A DNA stretch of 44,197 bases from a virus (IMGVR_UViG_3300017766_003074:1-44197), one strand, 5' to 3'; positions 1 to 10,263 are shown, counted from the stretch's first letter. Numbers and translations are program-made. Notes: generated by a model not told the origin, from the letters alone.

Positions 1-540
1 AGAGATTTCTCTAGGGATTACTTATTTCGTGTTGATTCAATAAATTTTGATAATGGTGCAATAATAACTCCAACAGGATTGCTTTATGCAAAAACTGCAA
101 AGTTACCCGGACGTACAATTGTTGATCAAACAGTAAAATATGCTGGTCAAACATTTCATATTCCCGGTTCTGTTGAATTTCCCGGTTCTGAAAATTATCA
201 ATTAGAATTTTATTGCCCAGAAAATAGTGATATTCGTGAAATATTAATGAACGAATCCACAAGAACATTCGGTAATATTTTCGGTATTGCTGGTAGTGGA
301 CAAAATGGCGGTTCTATTGCTAATGCTAATTCCATTATCACCTTACTTCAATTAAACAAAAACTTAGATGCTATTTTTAAATACCGTTTAGTTGGTTGTT
401 CTATTCGTGAAGTAGGAGAAGTAGGTTATAGCATGGCAGAAGGTAATGGTGCGGTTATGACTTTTACAGTTGGAATAGCATATCACTTCTTTGATAGACA
501 AGCACTTGATTCTACTGCGGTACTACCACTAAATAGATAA
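1..540 (+). CDS. Tail tube protein, T4 gp19-like (5' truncated by window edge)
   Basis: Frame is open from base 1 (RDFSRDYLFRVDSINF...LLYAKTAKLPGR), so the true start lies upstream of the track's 79. 'AKLPGRT...Y.GQ.F.IPG...F' and C-terminal 'FTV...Y.FF' pattern resembles gp19-type tubes; heads the tail module. Confidence 0.7.
   Translation, partial: RDFSRDYLFRVDSINFDNGAIITPTGLLYAKTAKLPGRTIVDQTVKYAGQTFHIPGSVEFPGSENYQLEFYCPENSDIREILMNESTRTFGNIFGIAGSGQNGGSIANANSIITLLQLNKNLDAIFKYRLVGCSIREVGEVGYSMAEGNGAVMTFTVGIAYHFFDRQALDSTAVLPLNR
530..535 (+). promoter_or_regulatory. Late promoter-like TAAATA, 6 nt before GTG 542
   Basis: Same motif recurs at near-fixed spacing before many structural genes. 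Confidence 0.5.
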
Positions 541-541
541 T

Positions 542-1237
542 GTGGCACAATTAAATAATTTAAGTCCTATATATCATTTCATGTCCCTTTTGGGACGGTG
601 GGATTATAATGTACCTTTAACTACTCAATGGTCAGTTATTATAAAACCAGATGCTGGGAATAGATTATTTGATATAATAAAAGATTACACACAAATTGAT
701 GTAAATAATTTTTATATTCCTACTTTTATACAAAATAAATTATTAAATGAAATGACCCAACCCAGTTTAGATGGGTTGGGTCTTTATTTTGCTCAATCAG
801 TAAGACTGCCTAAAGAATCATTTTCTCCTGTATCAGTAGGCTCAGATGGCACAGGAGGCTATATTAAAGGGGTTGTTGGTGGAGATAGGCTGGATTTACA
901 ATCTAAACATCTAACTATTGATTTTTTAGAAACTAATATTGATTTTATGGATGGTTTAATTCGGCCTTGGATCATAGCGGCATCATATAAAGGATTGATT
1001 AATTTAGGTGCTACAAATTCAATTAAAAGTTCTATTTATGTTGTAGAATACACAAGAGATAGAGTTACTGATGTTCATAGACCAACTAGAAAAGTACATA
1101 AATTTTCGGGTTGTGTTCCAACTGATGTATCAGATAAAACTTTGAAATATGATTCAGAACCAACAGAAGCACCTGTAAACAATGTAACTTGGATGTTTGA
1201 GCAATATACATACGAATTGTTTACCCATGACGCATAA
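542..1237 (+). CDS. Tail tube-like / baseplate tube initiator (gp54/gp19 fold)
   Basis: 'AQSVRLP', 'LTIDFLETN...IRPW', 'F.GCVP', 'VTW.FE.Y' tube-fold pattern; adjacent to tube gene; GTG start. Confidence 0.55.
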   Translation: MAQLNNLSPIYHFMSLLGRWDYNVPLTTQWSVIIKPDAGNRLFDIIKDYTQIDVNNFYIPTFIQNKLLNEMTQPSLDGLGLYFAQSVRLPKESFSPVSVGSDGTGGYIKGVVGGDRLDLQSKHLTIDFLETNIDFMDGLIRPWIIAASYKGLINLGATNSIKSSIYVVEYTRDRVTDVHRPTRKVHKFSGCVPTDVSDKTLKYDSEPTEAPVNNVTWMFEQYTYELFTHDA

Positions 1238-2129
1238 TATCGAATTTACTACAAAAATATATTTGCCAATTATCAAGCAATATATAAGATGTAAGAGTTT
1301 AAACAATAAACATTATTTTAATATATTAAAATTTATAACAAATAATGATGAAGAAGGGTTAAACGAATATTTTGATAATGTTATTTTAGATTTAATAGTA
1401 GATAAATCGATATATTGTAATTTGTCTAATTTAGAGAAATTTATTATTTTATTAGAGATGAGATCAATTTCAGTTGGAGATTCTTTACAAATAGCAGGTA
1501 AAAATTCTTCTAAAATTGATTTATCTATATTATCTATTAAAAATAAAATACAATCTAATATAGACAATATAGAATTAAACTTAAAAGTTAATTATAACAG
1601 TTATACCATATGGTTGTCAATACCAAAATTATTTTTAATAGATAATATAGATAAAATCTATGCTGAAATTATTGATAAAATAGAAATAAATGATGAAATT
1701 TTAAAGTTTTATGATTTGTCTTATAATGAAAAAGAACTTATACTTAATAATATCCCAGCAGAAATATCTGGAGACATATTAAAATATATTAAAAATATAC
1801 AATTAATAATAGGAGATATTAATATAATTACTGGAAACGAAAAATTTGGATTAGAAACTATTAAACTTAGTGTTTTTGATAAAACTATGTTTATGTTTTT
1901 AAAAAGTATTTTTACAGATGATTTATATAACTATTATGAGTTACAATATAATTTATTGAATAAAATGAATGTGTCTTATGAACATTTTATGAAAATGTCT
2001 CCTAATGAATCTAAATTGTTCATTAATTTTTATAATAAAGAAATGAAAAAACAAGAAGAGGCACAACAAAAACAAGGAGGATCTATGCCATCATTGCCTT
2101 CAATGCCATCTATTCCTAAATTCAGATAG
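1227..2129 (+). CDS. Baseplate hub assembly protein, gp26-like N-terminus with gp51-like C-terminus
   Basis: N-term 'IYLP.....IR...L', 'LEMRSISVGD' resemble gp26; C-term 'LYNYYELQYNL...SYEHFMKMSPNE..LFI' resembles gp51-type proteins of T4-like phages. ATG 1227, overlapping the upstream stop, is preferred to 1197. Confidence 0.5.
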   Translation: MTHNIEFTTKIYLPIIKQYIRCKSLNNKHYFNILKFITNNDEEGLNEYFDNVILDLIVDKSIYCNLSNLEKFIILLEMRSISVGDSLQIAGKNSSKIDLSILSIKNKIQSNIDNIELNLKVNYNSYTIWLSIPKLFLIDNIDKIYAEIIDKIEINDEILKFYDLSYNEKELILNNIPAEISGDILKYIKNIQLIIGDINIITGNEKFGLETIKLSVFDKTMFMFLKSIFTDDLYNYYELQYNLLNKMNVSYEHFMKMSPNESKLFINFYNKEMKKQEEAQQKQGGSMPSLPSMPSIPKFR

Positions 2130-2154
2130 TTATTGAATTTATTATATAATTTAA

Positions 2155-2160
2155 TAAATC
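2155..2160 (+). promoter_or_regulatory. Variant late promoter TAAATC, 5 nt before ATG 2166
   Basis: One mismatch to TAAATA with the canonical 5-nt spacer. Confidence 0.4.
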
Positions 2161-2165
2161 TTATT

Positions 2166-2912
2166 ATGAGTGTATCTAGTATATTATCAAAATTAAATGA
2201 TCTTAATAATTCGAATTTAATTACAGTATATGTTCCTTCAGCAAAAAAAGAGATGAAGTTTAGACCTTTATCAGTAAAACAACAAAAAGATTTGATAAAA
2301 AGTGGTTTAGATGGAGCTTTAGCTGGAATTACGATATCTAATATTATTGGAGAAATAATTATTGATAATTCTGTAGAAAAATACGATTTTTTAGTAACAG
2401 ATAAACTACCTATTTTATTAGCATTAAGAAAACAATCATTTGGTAGTATTTTTATATTAAAAGAAGATGAAAAAGATACCGAATTTAATTTAGATGATAT
2501 ACTTGAAAAATCACTAAATTATAGTTTTGATACACAAGTAGAAATTAAGTTAGCTAATACTGATGTAATTGCTCATGTTGATGTAATTAAAATACAAGAT
2601 GATATTAAAATCAATCAATATCAATTAGATAAATTAAGAAAAAATAAAGAAGAAGCTATTAGTGAAACTGTTGGTTCTATGTTCATTTATGAAATAATTA
2701 AATTTGTAACTAAAATTTTGATTGGAAATGAAGAATTAGACCTTACTACACTGCCTATTAAAGATAGATTAACTATTATTGAATCTGTTCCAGTTACATT
2801 GAATAATAGTATTTTAGAATATATTCAACAATTTAGAAAAGAAGAAGCGGAGTATGTTACTGTTGGAGACAAAGTACTACCAATAGATGCTAGATTGTTT
2901 GCTAAGGATTAA
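2166..2912 (+). CDS. Baseplate hub subunit, T4 gp26-like
   Basis: 'VYVPSAKKEMKFRPLSVKQQKDLI' and 'DKLPILLALRKQSFG' match the gp26 family pattern. Start moved from TTG 2133 to ATG 2166 on motif spacing. Confidence 0.6.
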   Translation: MSVSSILSKLNDLNNSNLITVYVPSAKKEMKFRPLSVKQQKDLIKSGLDGALAGITISNIIGEIIIDNSVEKYDFLVTDKLPILLALRKQSFGSIFILKEDEKDTEFNLDDILEKSLNYSFDTQVEIKLANTDVIAHVDVIKIQDDIKINQYQLDKLRKNKEEAISETVGSMFIYEIIKFVTKILIGNEELDLTTLPIKDRLTIIESVPVTLNNSILEYIQQFRKEEAEYVTVGDKVLPIDARLFAKD

Positions 2913-2920
2913 TATATGAA

Positions 2921-2926
2921 TAAATA
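2921..2926 (+). promoter_or_regulatory. Late promoter TAAATA-N5-GTG
   Basis: Exact motif, 5 nt before start 2932. Confidence 0.65.
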
Positions 2927-2931
2927 TATTA

Positions 2932-5082
2932 GTGGATGATAAAACATTAGCAACTAAATTTGATAAATTTACTGAAGAATTAAAGAGTATAGCTAAAATT
3001 CTTAAAGTTGCTAATGGCTTTAAGGTTTCATCAAAAGATCCCGAATTTAAAACTGGTCCTCTTAAAGGAGACGAGAAAAAGAGGGCTGAAAATGTAGCTA
3101 AAATCACAGCAAAAGAAATTTCAGACGCATTAGGCGTAACTTTTAACTCTTTAATAAAATCATTATCTGGATCAACAAAACCTTTAGCTATTAAAGGTGT
3201 AAGTAATATTGGAATTGCTAAATCTATATCTAAAACGCTAGGATGGGACGCATTTAAAGACAGATATGAAGAATGGAATGCATCAGCTATTAGAAAATTA
3301 ATCTCTATAAGAGATTATATGGCGCAATTAGTTGGTCTAACACAAGCATCAACAGATCCTAAAGCAAAAAAGAAAAAAGAAGAAGGAAAAGGTATAGGAA
3401 GTATTTTAGGAGGGATAGCGGGATTGGCCTTGTTAGGGGTAGGCATTTTTATGATTGTGCAAGCCCTTGTAGAATCAAATAATATAAAACCAGAGCAAGT
3501 ACTGAAAGTACTTTTAGTAGTAGGAGCATTTGTTGGTTTATTTCTTTTAGTAGGATTGGCAGGTGGTAAAATAAAAGATGCAGCTATTGGGTTTGCTATT
3601 ATGACAGCAACCATACTATTTTTAGTAATTCCTACTTTATATGAATTAAAAAAGATGCCTTGGGATGTCTTGTTAGAATCTGTACTAAAATTTGGTGCAA
3701 TATCTTTGGCTTGTATAGGTATACTTAAATTATTATCATTAATTCCACCAGCAGAAGTATTAAAATCTGTATTGGGATTCGCTTTATTTGTTTTTGTAAT
3801 GGGAGTGATGGTAATTCCTTTACTTAAATCTGTTGCATTTGTTGAATGGGAAGCTATTGGAGAAGGATTATTAAAAATTGTAACAATATCTGGAGTAATA
3901 GGATTAATTTTATTAGGAATGTCTAAAATATCAGCAGAAAATGCTATAAAATCTCTTGCTGGTGTTTTAATCTTTTCTTTATTAATGGGATTTGTTGTAA
4001 TTCCACAATTAAAAAAGATCTCACAAGAGCCTTTCCAACAAATGTTAGAATCATTGGCATTTATTGGCTTAATAATGATTGGAATTGGTGCAATTATAAG
4101 AATAACAGGAGAAATATTAACCAGAGCAGGAGGAGAAGTAGCAGCTATAGCAGGTTTGGTTGCTGTTTTGTCATTTAGTTTCTTGATGGGTTATTTAGCA
4201 GAACAATTAAATAAATTTGCAGGATTAGATTGGTCCTCTATCGGCTCTTCATTAGCATTAGCATTGGTTGCATTAGGCATTTTTGGGGCAGCAGTGGTAG
4301 GTATTGGTGCATTGGTGTTAAATCCTATTGTAGCACCATTATTAATCGGAGGAGCAGTAGCTGTAGCTGGGCTATCATTATTGATGGGTTTAATAGCTGA
4401 AGCACTCAACAAATTTAATACGGTAAATGCAGATCAAATTCAGAAAGTAGGAGTAGGTTTACTAGCATTAGGAACAGGATTGGTATCATTTTTAGCCGGT
4501 ATGGTAGGTGGCGTAGGAGCAGGTGCTGTATCAAAATTATCTGGAATATTTGGACTAAATCCAGCAGATCAAGTTAAAAAATTCGAAAAAATAGATGCTG
4601 ATAAAATATTTAAATTAGGATCAGGATTGCTATTTATGGGACAAGGATTAAAAGCATTATCTAATGATATTAATTTAGAAGGTATAACAAATCAATTAAT
4701 TAAAATGACTGCACCATTAGTATTATTTTCAAATGGTCTAGTTACATTTACAGAAGCATATAAAAATTTAGATACAGCTATAAAAGGATCTGAAATTAAT
4801 CGTATATATCAGATGAAATTAGAAGCTGATACTGGTATACAAAAGGCTTTGGTAGATTTGAATCAAAAAGAAGTAGAAATATTATCTGCTCAATTAGATG
4901 AATTAAAGAGAAATGGAGAATATTTAAAAATTATTGCTAGTTCTTCTGGAATTAAAAGTGGTGGCGGCTTCGCATTAAGCGATAATAATTTTGATAAATC
5001 AAACGCATCAATATCTAATTTTTTGACTAAAGATTCTTATATAAATCATTTGAAACTCACCACTTCTTCTTTAGAATTATAA
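2932..5082 (+). CDS. Putative tape measure protein with long hydrophobic helical repeat region
   Basis: 716 aa, Ala/Gly/Leu-rich helical repeats, located between hub-assembly genes and gp48/gp53-like genes. Confidence 0.6.
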   Translation: MDDKTLATKFDKFTEELKSIAKILKVANGFKVSSKDPEFKTGPLKGDEKKRAENVAKITAKEISDALGVTFNSLIKSLSGSTKPLAIKGVSNIGIAKSISKTLGWDAFKDRYEEWNASAIRKLISIRDYMAQLVGLTQASTDPKAKKKKEEGKGIGSILGGIAGLALLGVGIFMIVQALVESNNIKPEQVLKVLLVVGAFVGLFLLVGLAGGKIKDAAIGFAIMTATILFLVIPTLYELKKMPWDVLLESVLKFGAISLACIGILKLLSLIPPAEVLKSVLGFALFVFVMGVMVIPLLKSVAFVEWEAIGEGLLKIVTISGVIGLILLGMSKISAENAIKSLAGVLIFSLLMGFVVIPQLKKISQEPFQQMLESLAFIGLIMIGIGAIIRITGEILTRAGGEVAAIAGLVAVLSFSFLMGYLAEQLNKFAGLDWSSIGSSLALALVALGIFGAAVVGIGALVLNPIVAPLLIGGAVAVAGLSLLMGLIAEALNKFNTVNADQIQKVGVGLLALGTGLVSFLAGMVGGVGAGAVSKLSGIFGLNPADQVKKFEKIDADKIFKLGSGLLFMGQGLKALSNDINLEGITNQLIKMTAPLVLFSNGLVTFTEAYKNLDTAIKGSEINRIYQMKLEADTGIQKALVDLNQKEVEILSAQLDELKRNGEYLKIIASSSGIKSGGGFALSDNNFDKSNASISNFLTKDSYINHLKLTTSSLEL

Positions 5083-5090
5083 CTAGTTAT

Positions 5091-5096
5091 TAAATA
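5091..5096 (+). promoter_or_regulatory. Late promoter TAAATA-N5-ATG
   Basis: Exact motif, 5 nt before start 5102. Confidence 0.65.
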
Positions 5097-5101
5097 ATTA
5101 A

Positions 5102-6553
5102 ATGAATAATGCTACGCCATCAAGACGAGCCGCATTGATGAAACAAAATCAAAATAATATTCCAGAAGGAAGGAATGATTCTAATGTTATTGAGAAGAAA
5201 TCAGATAATAGTTATAAATCTGAAATGGCAACTACACAAAATGTAGATTCTGGAAAAGATGCCCCAAGTTCTGCTGTTGCACCTGAACCAAAAAAAGAAC
5301 CTTCCGTAGAAATTAATGTTATTAGAGATTATGATTGGACTTATTCTAAAAATAAAATAAGAAAATTAAGTGAAATTCCATACATAAAAGTTAAAGAATT
5401 TAAATTAATTGGTAATACTTACGTTTCCTCGTTAATGACAACGGCATTATTATATCCAGATATAATTGAAAGTAATGTTGGACAAAATTCTTTTTTTGAA
5501 AAGTTAAATTCTAGTTTTGCTAATAATTCTTTTGCGAAATTTATGGGAGATTCTGTATCTAAAGTTACTACTGCTGTAAATAACACAGCACAAAAAACTG
5601 CAAATTGGGTTACAGAACAAATGAAAGCTATTGATGATACAGCAAATAGCTGGGGTGATGAACAATTAATTAAAAATTATTCTTATCTTTATTTAAGAAG
5701 AGCAACAGGAACTACTTATAGGTTTCCTTATTATAATAATGATTATATATCAATAAACAACCAATTTAGTGATACATATAGTGGAAGTGAAAAAGATTCG
5801 AGTCGAATACAAAAAGTTTTAAATATAGCAAACGAAAAAGCAACTGCTATGGGGCAATATGCGAATGTAGCTTCTGTTACAGAACCCGGCATGTATGTAC
5901 AAAGACCACAATTTTACAATTTCGATGATAAAGGAGCAACATTTGTCGCGGAATTTGTATTATTCAATACTATTACAGAAAATGCATATCAAAAAAATTT
6001 GGATTTAATAACAAAATTATTAATCCAAAATACTCCACATAGACACAATAGGTTATTAGTAGACCCTCCATGTATATATGAATTAACAGTGCCCGGTAGA
6101 ATCTTTTATCCATACGCATGTATAGAAGAATTTTCAGTTAAACATATCGGAACAAAAAGAAATTTAAAAAATTCACAAGGAAAAGACGTTCCAGTTCCAG
6201 ATGCATATCAAATACAAATTAAATTTAAATCATTAACAATGGAAGTTAATAATTTTATCATACCACAAATGGGATCAGCAGGTATTGATGTATCTAAACG
6301 ATTTGGAATTGGTTCGTTTTTTAAAGGAACTCCACCAGACACTACAGAAGTTGCAAAAGCAGTAGCAGAAGAAAATAATTCTAAAACTGAGGCAGATCAA
6401 ACAGCTAAAAAACAACAAAATGATTCGGGTAATAATACAATTACCCCAAGATCTACTGTGCCTGTGAATCCGCCTCCAGCAATACCTACTGGAGGCACAA
6501 CTAATCCTCTTGTAACAACACAATCAGGATTTGTACCTAGATTAGGAGCATAA
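5102..6553 (+). CDS. Baseplate tail-tube cap / initiator, gp48-like
   Basis: 'F.LFNT', 'DPPCIYELTVPG..YPYACI..FSV', 'PDAYQIQIKFKSL' pattern of gp48-type tube initiators; directly precedes the gp53-like gene; low-complexity termini. Confidence 0.5.
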   Translation: MNNATPSRRAALMKQNQNNIPEGRNDSNVIEKKSDNSYKSEMATTQNVDSGKDAPSSAVAPEPKKEPSVEINVIRDYDWTYSKNKIRKLSEIPYIKVKEFKLIGNTYVSSLMTTALLYPDIIESNVGQNSFFEKLNSSFANNSFAKFMGDSVSKVTTAVNNTAQKTANWVTEQMKAIDDTANSWGDEQLIKNYSYLYLRRATGTTYRFPYYNNDYISINNQFSDTYSGSEKDSSRIQKVLNIANEKATAMGQYANVASVTEPGMYVQRPQFYNFDDKGATFVAEFVLFNTITENAYQKNLDLITKLLIQNTPHRHNRLLVDPPCIYELTVPGRIFYPYACIEEFSVKHIGTKRNLKNSQGKDVPVPDAYQIQIKFKSLTMEVNNFIIPQMGSAGIDVSKRFGIGSFFKGTPPDTTEVAKAVAEENNSKTEADQTAKKQQNDSGNNTITPRSTVPVNPPPAIPTGGTTNPLVTTQSGFVPRLGA

Positions 6554-6555
6554 AT

Positions 6556-6906
6556 ATGGAAAAATTAATAATAACTCACGAACCAGATAGATACGAAAAC
6601 ATTTTTAATGTATATCAATTTGATACATCTAATAATGATACTTATGTATTTTATAATATAATGAGTAAAATTAGTATACCTAATGATCTAGATCCAAATG
6701 TTTATCAATTATATAGAATAGAATCACAAATTGCATTAACTACATTAAGTTATCGTTTATATGGAAGCCAACATTTATGGTGGTTGATAATGGTATTAAA
6801 TAATTTAAAAAATCCAGTTAAATTAATAGAATCTGGATCTATATTAAAAGTAGTTAAAAGTGAATATTTAGATTTGATATTTGATTCACTAAAAAATAAG
6901 ATATAG
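6556..6906 (+). CDS. Baseplate wedge protein, gp53-like (LysM-like)
   Basis: 'LTTLSYRLYGSQHLWWLIMVLNNLKNP...G..LK' is the gp53/LysM signature. Confidence 0.75.
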   Translation: MEKLIITHEPDRYENIFNVYQFDTSNNDTYVFYNIMSKISIPNDLDPNVYQLYRIESQIALTTLSYRLYGSQHLWWLIMVLNNLKNPVKLIESGSILKVVKSEYLDLIFDSLKNKI

Positions 6907-6907
6907 T

Positions 6908-8461
6908 ATGAACGGAGTTACTAATAGTACAGAACAAAAACATTATTATGCAAAATATGGTAATGAAGAATTTTCATTTAGTATTTGTTTGTATAATAAT
7001 GAAGGATATGTAATGTTCTTACAAAAAAATACTGTTTTGCATTTAGAAATTGATGATAATATATTTAATCCTTTTCATACAGCAACTATAGTGATAGCTA
7101 ATGACCAAAATGTTCTAGAAAAAGCACCAGAACCTTATGTTTTTTTAGGAAATGGAAGAGATATTGTAGATTTGGAAATTGTTCCGATTTTTACAGGTAA
7201 TTTTGATAAAGATGCTAAAAATGAAAAAAATAAAGAAAATTTAGGATTAAAATTTCAATTTGTAGTTATAGAATGCGAAGATATGACCAGTAATGGTACT
7301 AGTTGTAAGAAATTAACATTAGTTGAATATAGTCAATATATGTTAACAGAAAATATATATAACATATTTTCACATCAAAAAGCTGGAGGGTTAGCAGCAA
7401 ACTACATGGAAACCAATACTGGAAATGGAAAAACAACTGGAGAAGTTATTAAAGCAATAATATATGCAGTTTATAATGACAATGAACCAACAGATGATTT
7501 ATTTTATGTAGATCCCGAAACAAAAGAAAAAGTTTTTGATTCTGAAAGCGATTCTATAGTAACTTTAAATCCTTACGGAGTAATATCTTATGCAGAAGTA
7601 TTAAATTATGTTTTATCATTTCATTCATACAACAAATCACCATGCATACTTCAATTTGATAGATATCAAAAAAAGTTCCAATTAATATCTTTACAAAGAC
7701 TGTTCACTGAACACGCTAAACACGTAATAGAAAAATTAAAATTTCCATCATACAGTAAAGAAAAATCCGATACTAGTAATGATTTTGACACACCAGAAAA
7801 ATCAGCCATAATATGGGAAACTTTTCCAATTACATTTGAAGAATCCAAAATAAACCAGTTTTATGTAAGCTCTCCAACATCAAAATATAATGTAAATTTA
7901 TCTGGAAATTCAGGAGTGTTATCAAATTCTAGAAGTTTTAAATCTATGATATTTGATTTAACTACTTTAAACAGTGAATCATTCATGAAAACATATTATG
8001 AATTATTTGTAAAACCATTTAGCGAAACATTCCAAGGTGATGGAGGGAAAAATTTAGAGGCTTATCCTAATTTTTATCCTAATCCTAATAAGAAAAATAA
8101 TTATGATACCCATAAAGGATATCTTTCTCCTGCATTAGATGAAAAAAAGTTTTTAAATCAAAAACTATGTTCTTTATTATATTTAAATAATGTTTATCAA
8201 TTTAAATTAGTTGGTAAAAGTCATAGAAAATCATTATCATTCATTGATGTTACAAAAACAGCAGAAAATAGAAATGGAAGATATATACCAACAAAATGGG
8301 ATCTAAATACATTAGGAAGACATTTAATCACAAATGTAAAACATATATTTACATTTAATACATATTATAATGAAATTGAAACTATTAAACCATATAGATT
8401 GGTAGATGGAAAAGATTCGAATAATGTGTCATTAAAAGATTTTCTTAAACTAGGAGTTTAA
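6908..8461 (+). CDS. Putative baseplate hub protein (gp27-like)
   Basis: Position after gp53; N-term 'LEIDDNIFNPFHTATIVI' and C-term 'GRHLITNVKHIF....YYNEIETIK' typical of T4-like hub proteins. Confidence 0.5.
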   Translation: MNGVTNSTEQKHYYAKYGNEEFSFSICLYNNEGYVMFLQKNTVLHLEIDDNIFNPFHTATIVIANDQNVLEKAPEPYVFLGNGRDIVDLEIVPIFTGNFDKDAKNEKNKENLGLKFQFVVIECEDMTSNGTSCKKLTLVEYSQYMLTENIYNIFSHQKAGGLAANYMETNTGNGKTTGEVIKAIIYAVYNDNEPTDDLFYVDPETKEKVFDSESDSIVTLNPYGVISYAEVLNYVLSFHSYNKSPCILQFDRYQKKFQLISLQRLFTEHAKHVIEKLKFPSYSKEKSDTSNDFDTPEKSAIIWETFPITFEESKINQFYVSSPTSKYNVNLSGNSGVLSNSRSFKSMIFDLTTLNSESFMKTYYELFVKPFSETFQGDGGKNLEAYPNFYPNPNKKNNYDTHKGYLSPALDEKKFLNQKLCSLLYLNNVYQFKLVGKSHRKSLSFIDVTKTAENRNGRYIPTKWDLNTLGRHLITNVKHIFTFNTYYNEIETIKPYRLVDGKDSNNVSLKDFLKLGV

Positions 8462-8463
8462 TT

Positions 8464-10263
8464 ATGTATTATAAAAACACATTTCCAGAATTTTTAGAAG
8501 CAATTTCTATTGGACCAGATCCTTCTTTTTTGGAAAAAAATACAACAAATTGCGAATTTGTTAGTGCCTTTCCACAAGAAGTAGAATTAATGTATGATTG
8601 GAAGAAAGTTAAAAGATCATCAAATCCATTAAATGCATTAAGAAATTTTACTAAAAAATTATTGTTGTACGGACCAGATTTAGATATACAAACAATTAAA
8701 TTTTTCGTTCAAAAAGTTAATGTATACCCATCATATTTTTCAGATACAATAAAATCTGAAGTAATACTTGCATTTGAAAATGCAAATTTAATAGAAATAC
8801 CCGAAGAAAATATAGATGGAAATGTAGGAAATAGTGGTAATAATTACATAACTAATCATACTAGAATTGATAATGATAAAAGTTTTTTAAATAAACTTGC
8901 AAATATGTTAAAATCCTGTAATAGGCCATGTAATTATTTTAAACCATCATCATCTAGCATAGGAACATTAACAGATTTTTCGAGAGCAATGAGTGATAGT
9001 GCTTCTGTATTAGGAGCGGCAGCTAATGACGTATTACATGCTCCAACAAATATAGCCACTAGTTTAATGAATAAAATCAAACCAGTGTTTAGAACAGAAT
9101 TTTTTAAATTAAAAGTATTAACACAAGATCTTTATAGAGATGGAGTAAAACCTTTCTTTTCAAAAGAAGAAAGAGAAAGAGTCAAAAATGATTTATCTAA
9201 AGGTAAAACACCAGATAGTGGACAGTATAGAATGCCTTTAACTGGTGATACTATCACAGCATTCACTGCATCACAATCACATTCAGAATTACAAGCAACA
9301 TTAAAGCAACAACTTGGTGACTGTTTTAGGATGCATGATTATGGACAAAGATATAATCCTCATGATCCATTAATGAATGTTTCTTATGCAAAAAGAAAAT
9401 ACATGGGAGTTAAAAATGGAAATGTAAAATCTCTTATAGATATTTTTGGTTCATTAGCACCAGCTCAATATACTACAGAAAATACATATGCAAATGCATT
9501 AGATGTGCCAAAAGATTCAAACTTTACAAAATATGAAGATTTACAAAAAGCTCCAAAATATGATACATATGATGGGCCTTCAGCAGCAGGTGCAGCCGTA
9601 ATTACTGCTGGGTCTGGAGCAACAACCAACCCTGTTAATGCGTCAGGATCAGCCACAACACCAAATAGTGGTTTGGAAAACGTACCAACAAATGGTAAAG
9701 TTATGGAATTTGACTTTAATGAAGTTAAATTAACAAAATATGGATATATTAATGATGAAACACCAGATAGCGGAACTCAAATGGGATTGGGATTTGCTGA
9801 CAATATGATTGTTCCGTTACAAAGTATAGCTGTAGCTCCAGAAACATTAGATAGTGGAATGATTAAACGTGGAGATGTATTAATTTTAACATGTACTGAC
9901 AAAGCAGGTAATACTTTTGTGGAAAGAAGACAAGTAGCAGATGTTTCTGACTCAGGTTTATTAAAGGTAAAAGGTCATACATACAAGTTTCTAATAGATG
10001 AATTTCAACCAGATGCTAAATTATTTCCTAGTAAACTAGTAGGCAGGTCTGAACAGTTAAAAATTACAATACAAGTTGCCGATACTAAACAACCATATAG
10101 TAAATGGAATGTTCAACAAGCATCACAATTTGCTCCTATGTTTTTATCCAAAAAAGATTGGGATAGTGCCTTAGCAAAAGGAGGAGCTAAGACCGGATTA
10201 CCAAAAACTATATGGACTAAAATGAAATCTGGTGAATATGATCAATATTGTAAATGGGCTTAA
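8464..10263 (+). CDS. Baseplate-associated protein with C-terminal 3D/MltA-like putative cell-wall-lytic domain
   Basis: After an Ala/Thr/Gly linker: 'LTKYG...SIAVAP...KRGDVL...VADVS...IDEF', resembling 3D double-psi barrel domains; follows the hub gene. Confidence 0.4.
   Translation: MYYKNTFPEFLEAISIGPDPSFLEKNTTNCEFVSAFPQEVELMYDWKKVKRSSNPLNALRNFTKKLLLYGPDLDIQTIKFFVQKVNVYPSYFSDTIKSEVILAFENANLIEIPEENIDGNVGNSGNNYITNHTRIDNDKSFLNKLANMLKSCNRPCNYFKPSSSSIGTLTDFSRAMSDSASVLGAAANDVLHAPTNIATSLMNKIKPVFRTEFFKLKVLTQDLYRDGVKPFFSKEERERVKNDLSKGKTPDSGQYRMPLTGDTITAFTASQSHSELQATLKQQLGDCFRMHDYGQRYNPHDPLMNVSYAKRKYMGVKNGNVKSLIDIFGSLAPAQYTTENTYANALDVPKDSNFTKYEDLQKAPKYDTYDGPSAAGAAVITAGSGATTNPVNASGSATTPNSGLENVPTNGKVMEFDFNEVKLTKYGYINDETPDSGTQMGLGFADNMIVPLQSIAVAPETLDSGMIKRGDVLILTCTDKAGNTFVERRQVADVSDSGLLKVKGHTYKFLIDEFQPDAKLFPSKLVGRSEQLKITIQVADTKQPYSKWNVQQASQFAPMFLSKKDWDSALAKGGAKTGLPKTIWTKMKSGEYDQYCKWA

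Noticed and set aside
6551-6556. TAAATA before the gp53-like gene
   Set aside because: It overlaps the ATG itself (stop plus start); coupling, with a possible AGGAG at 6544-6548, explains this start.
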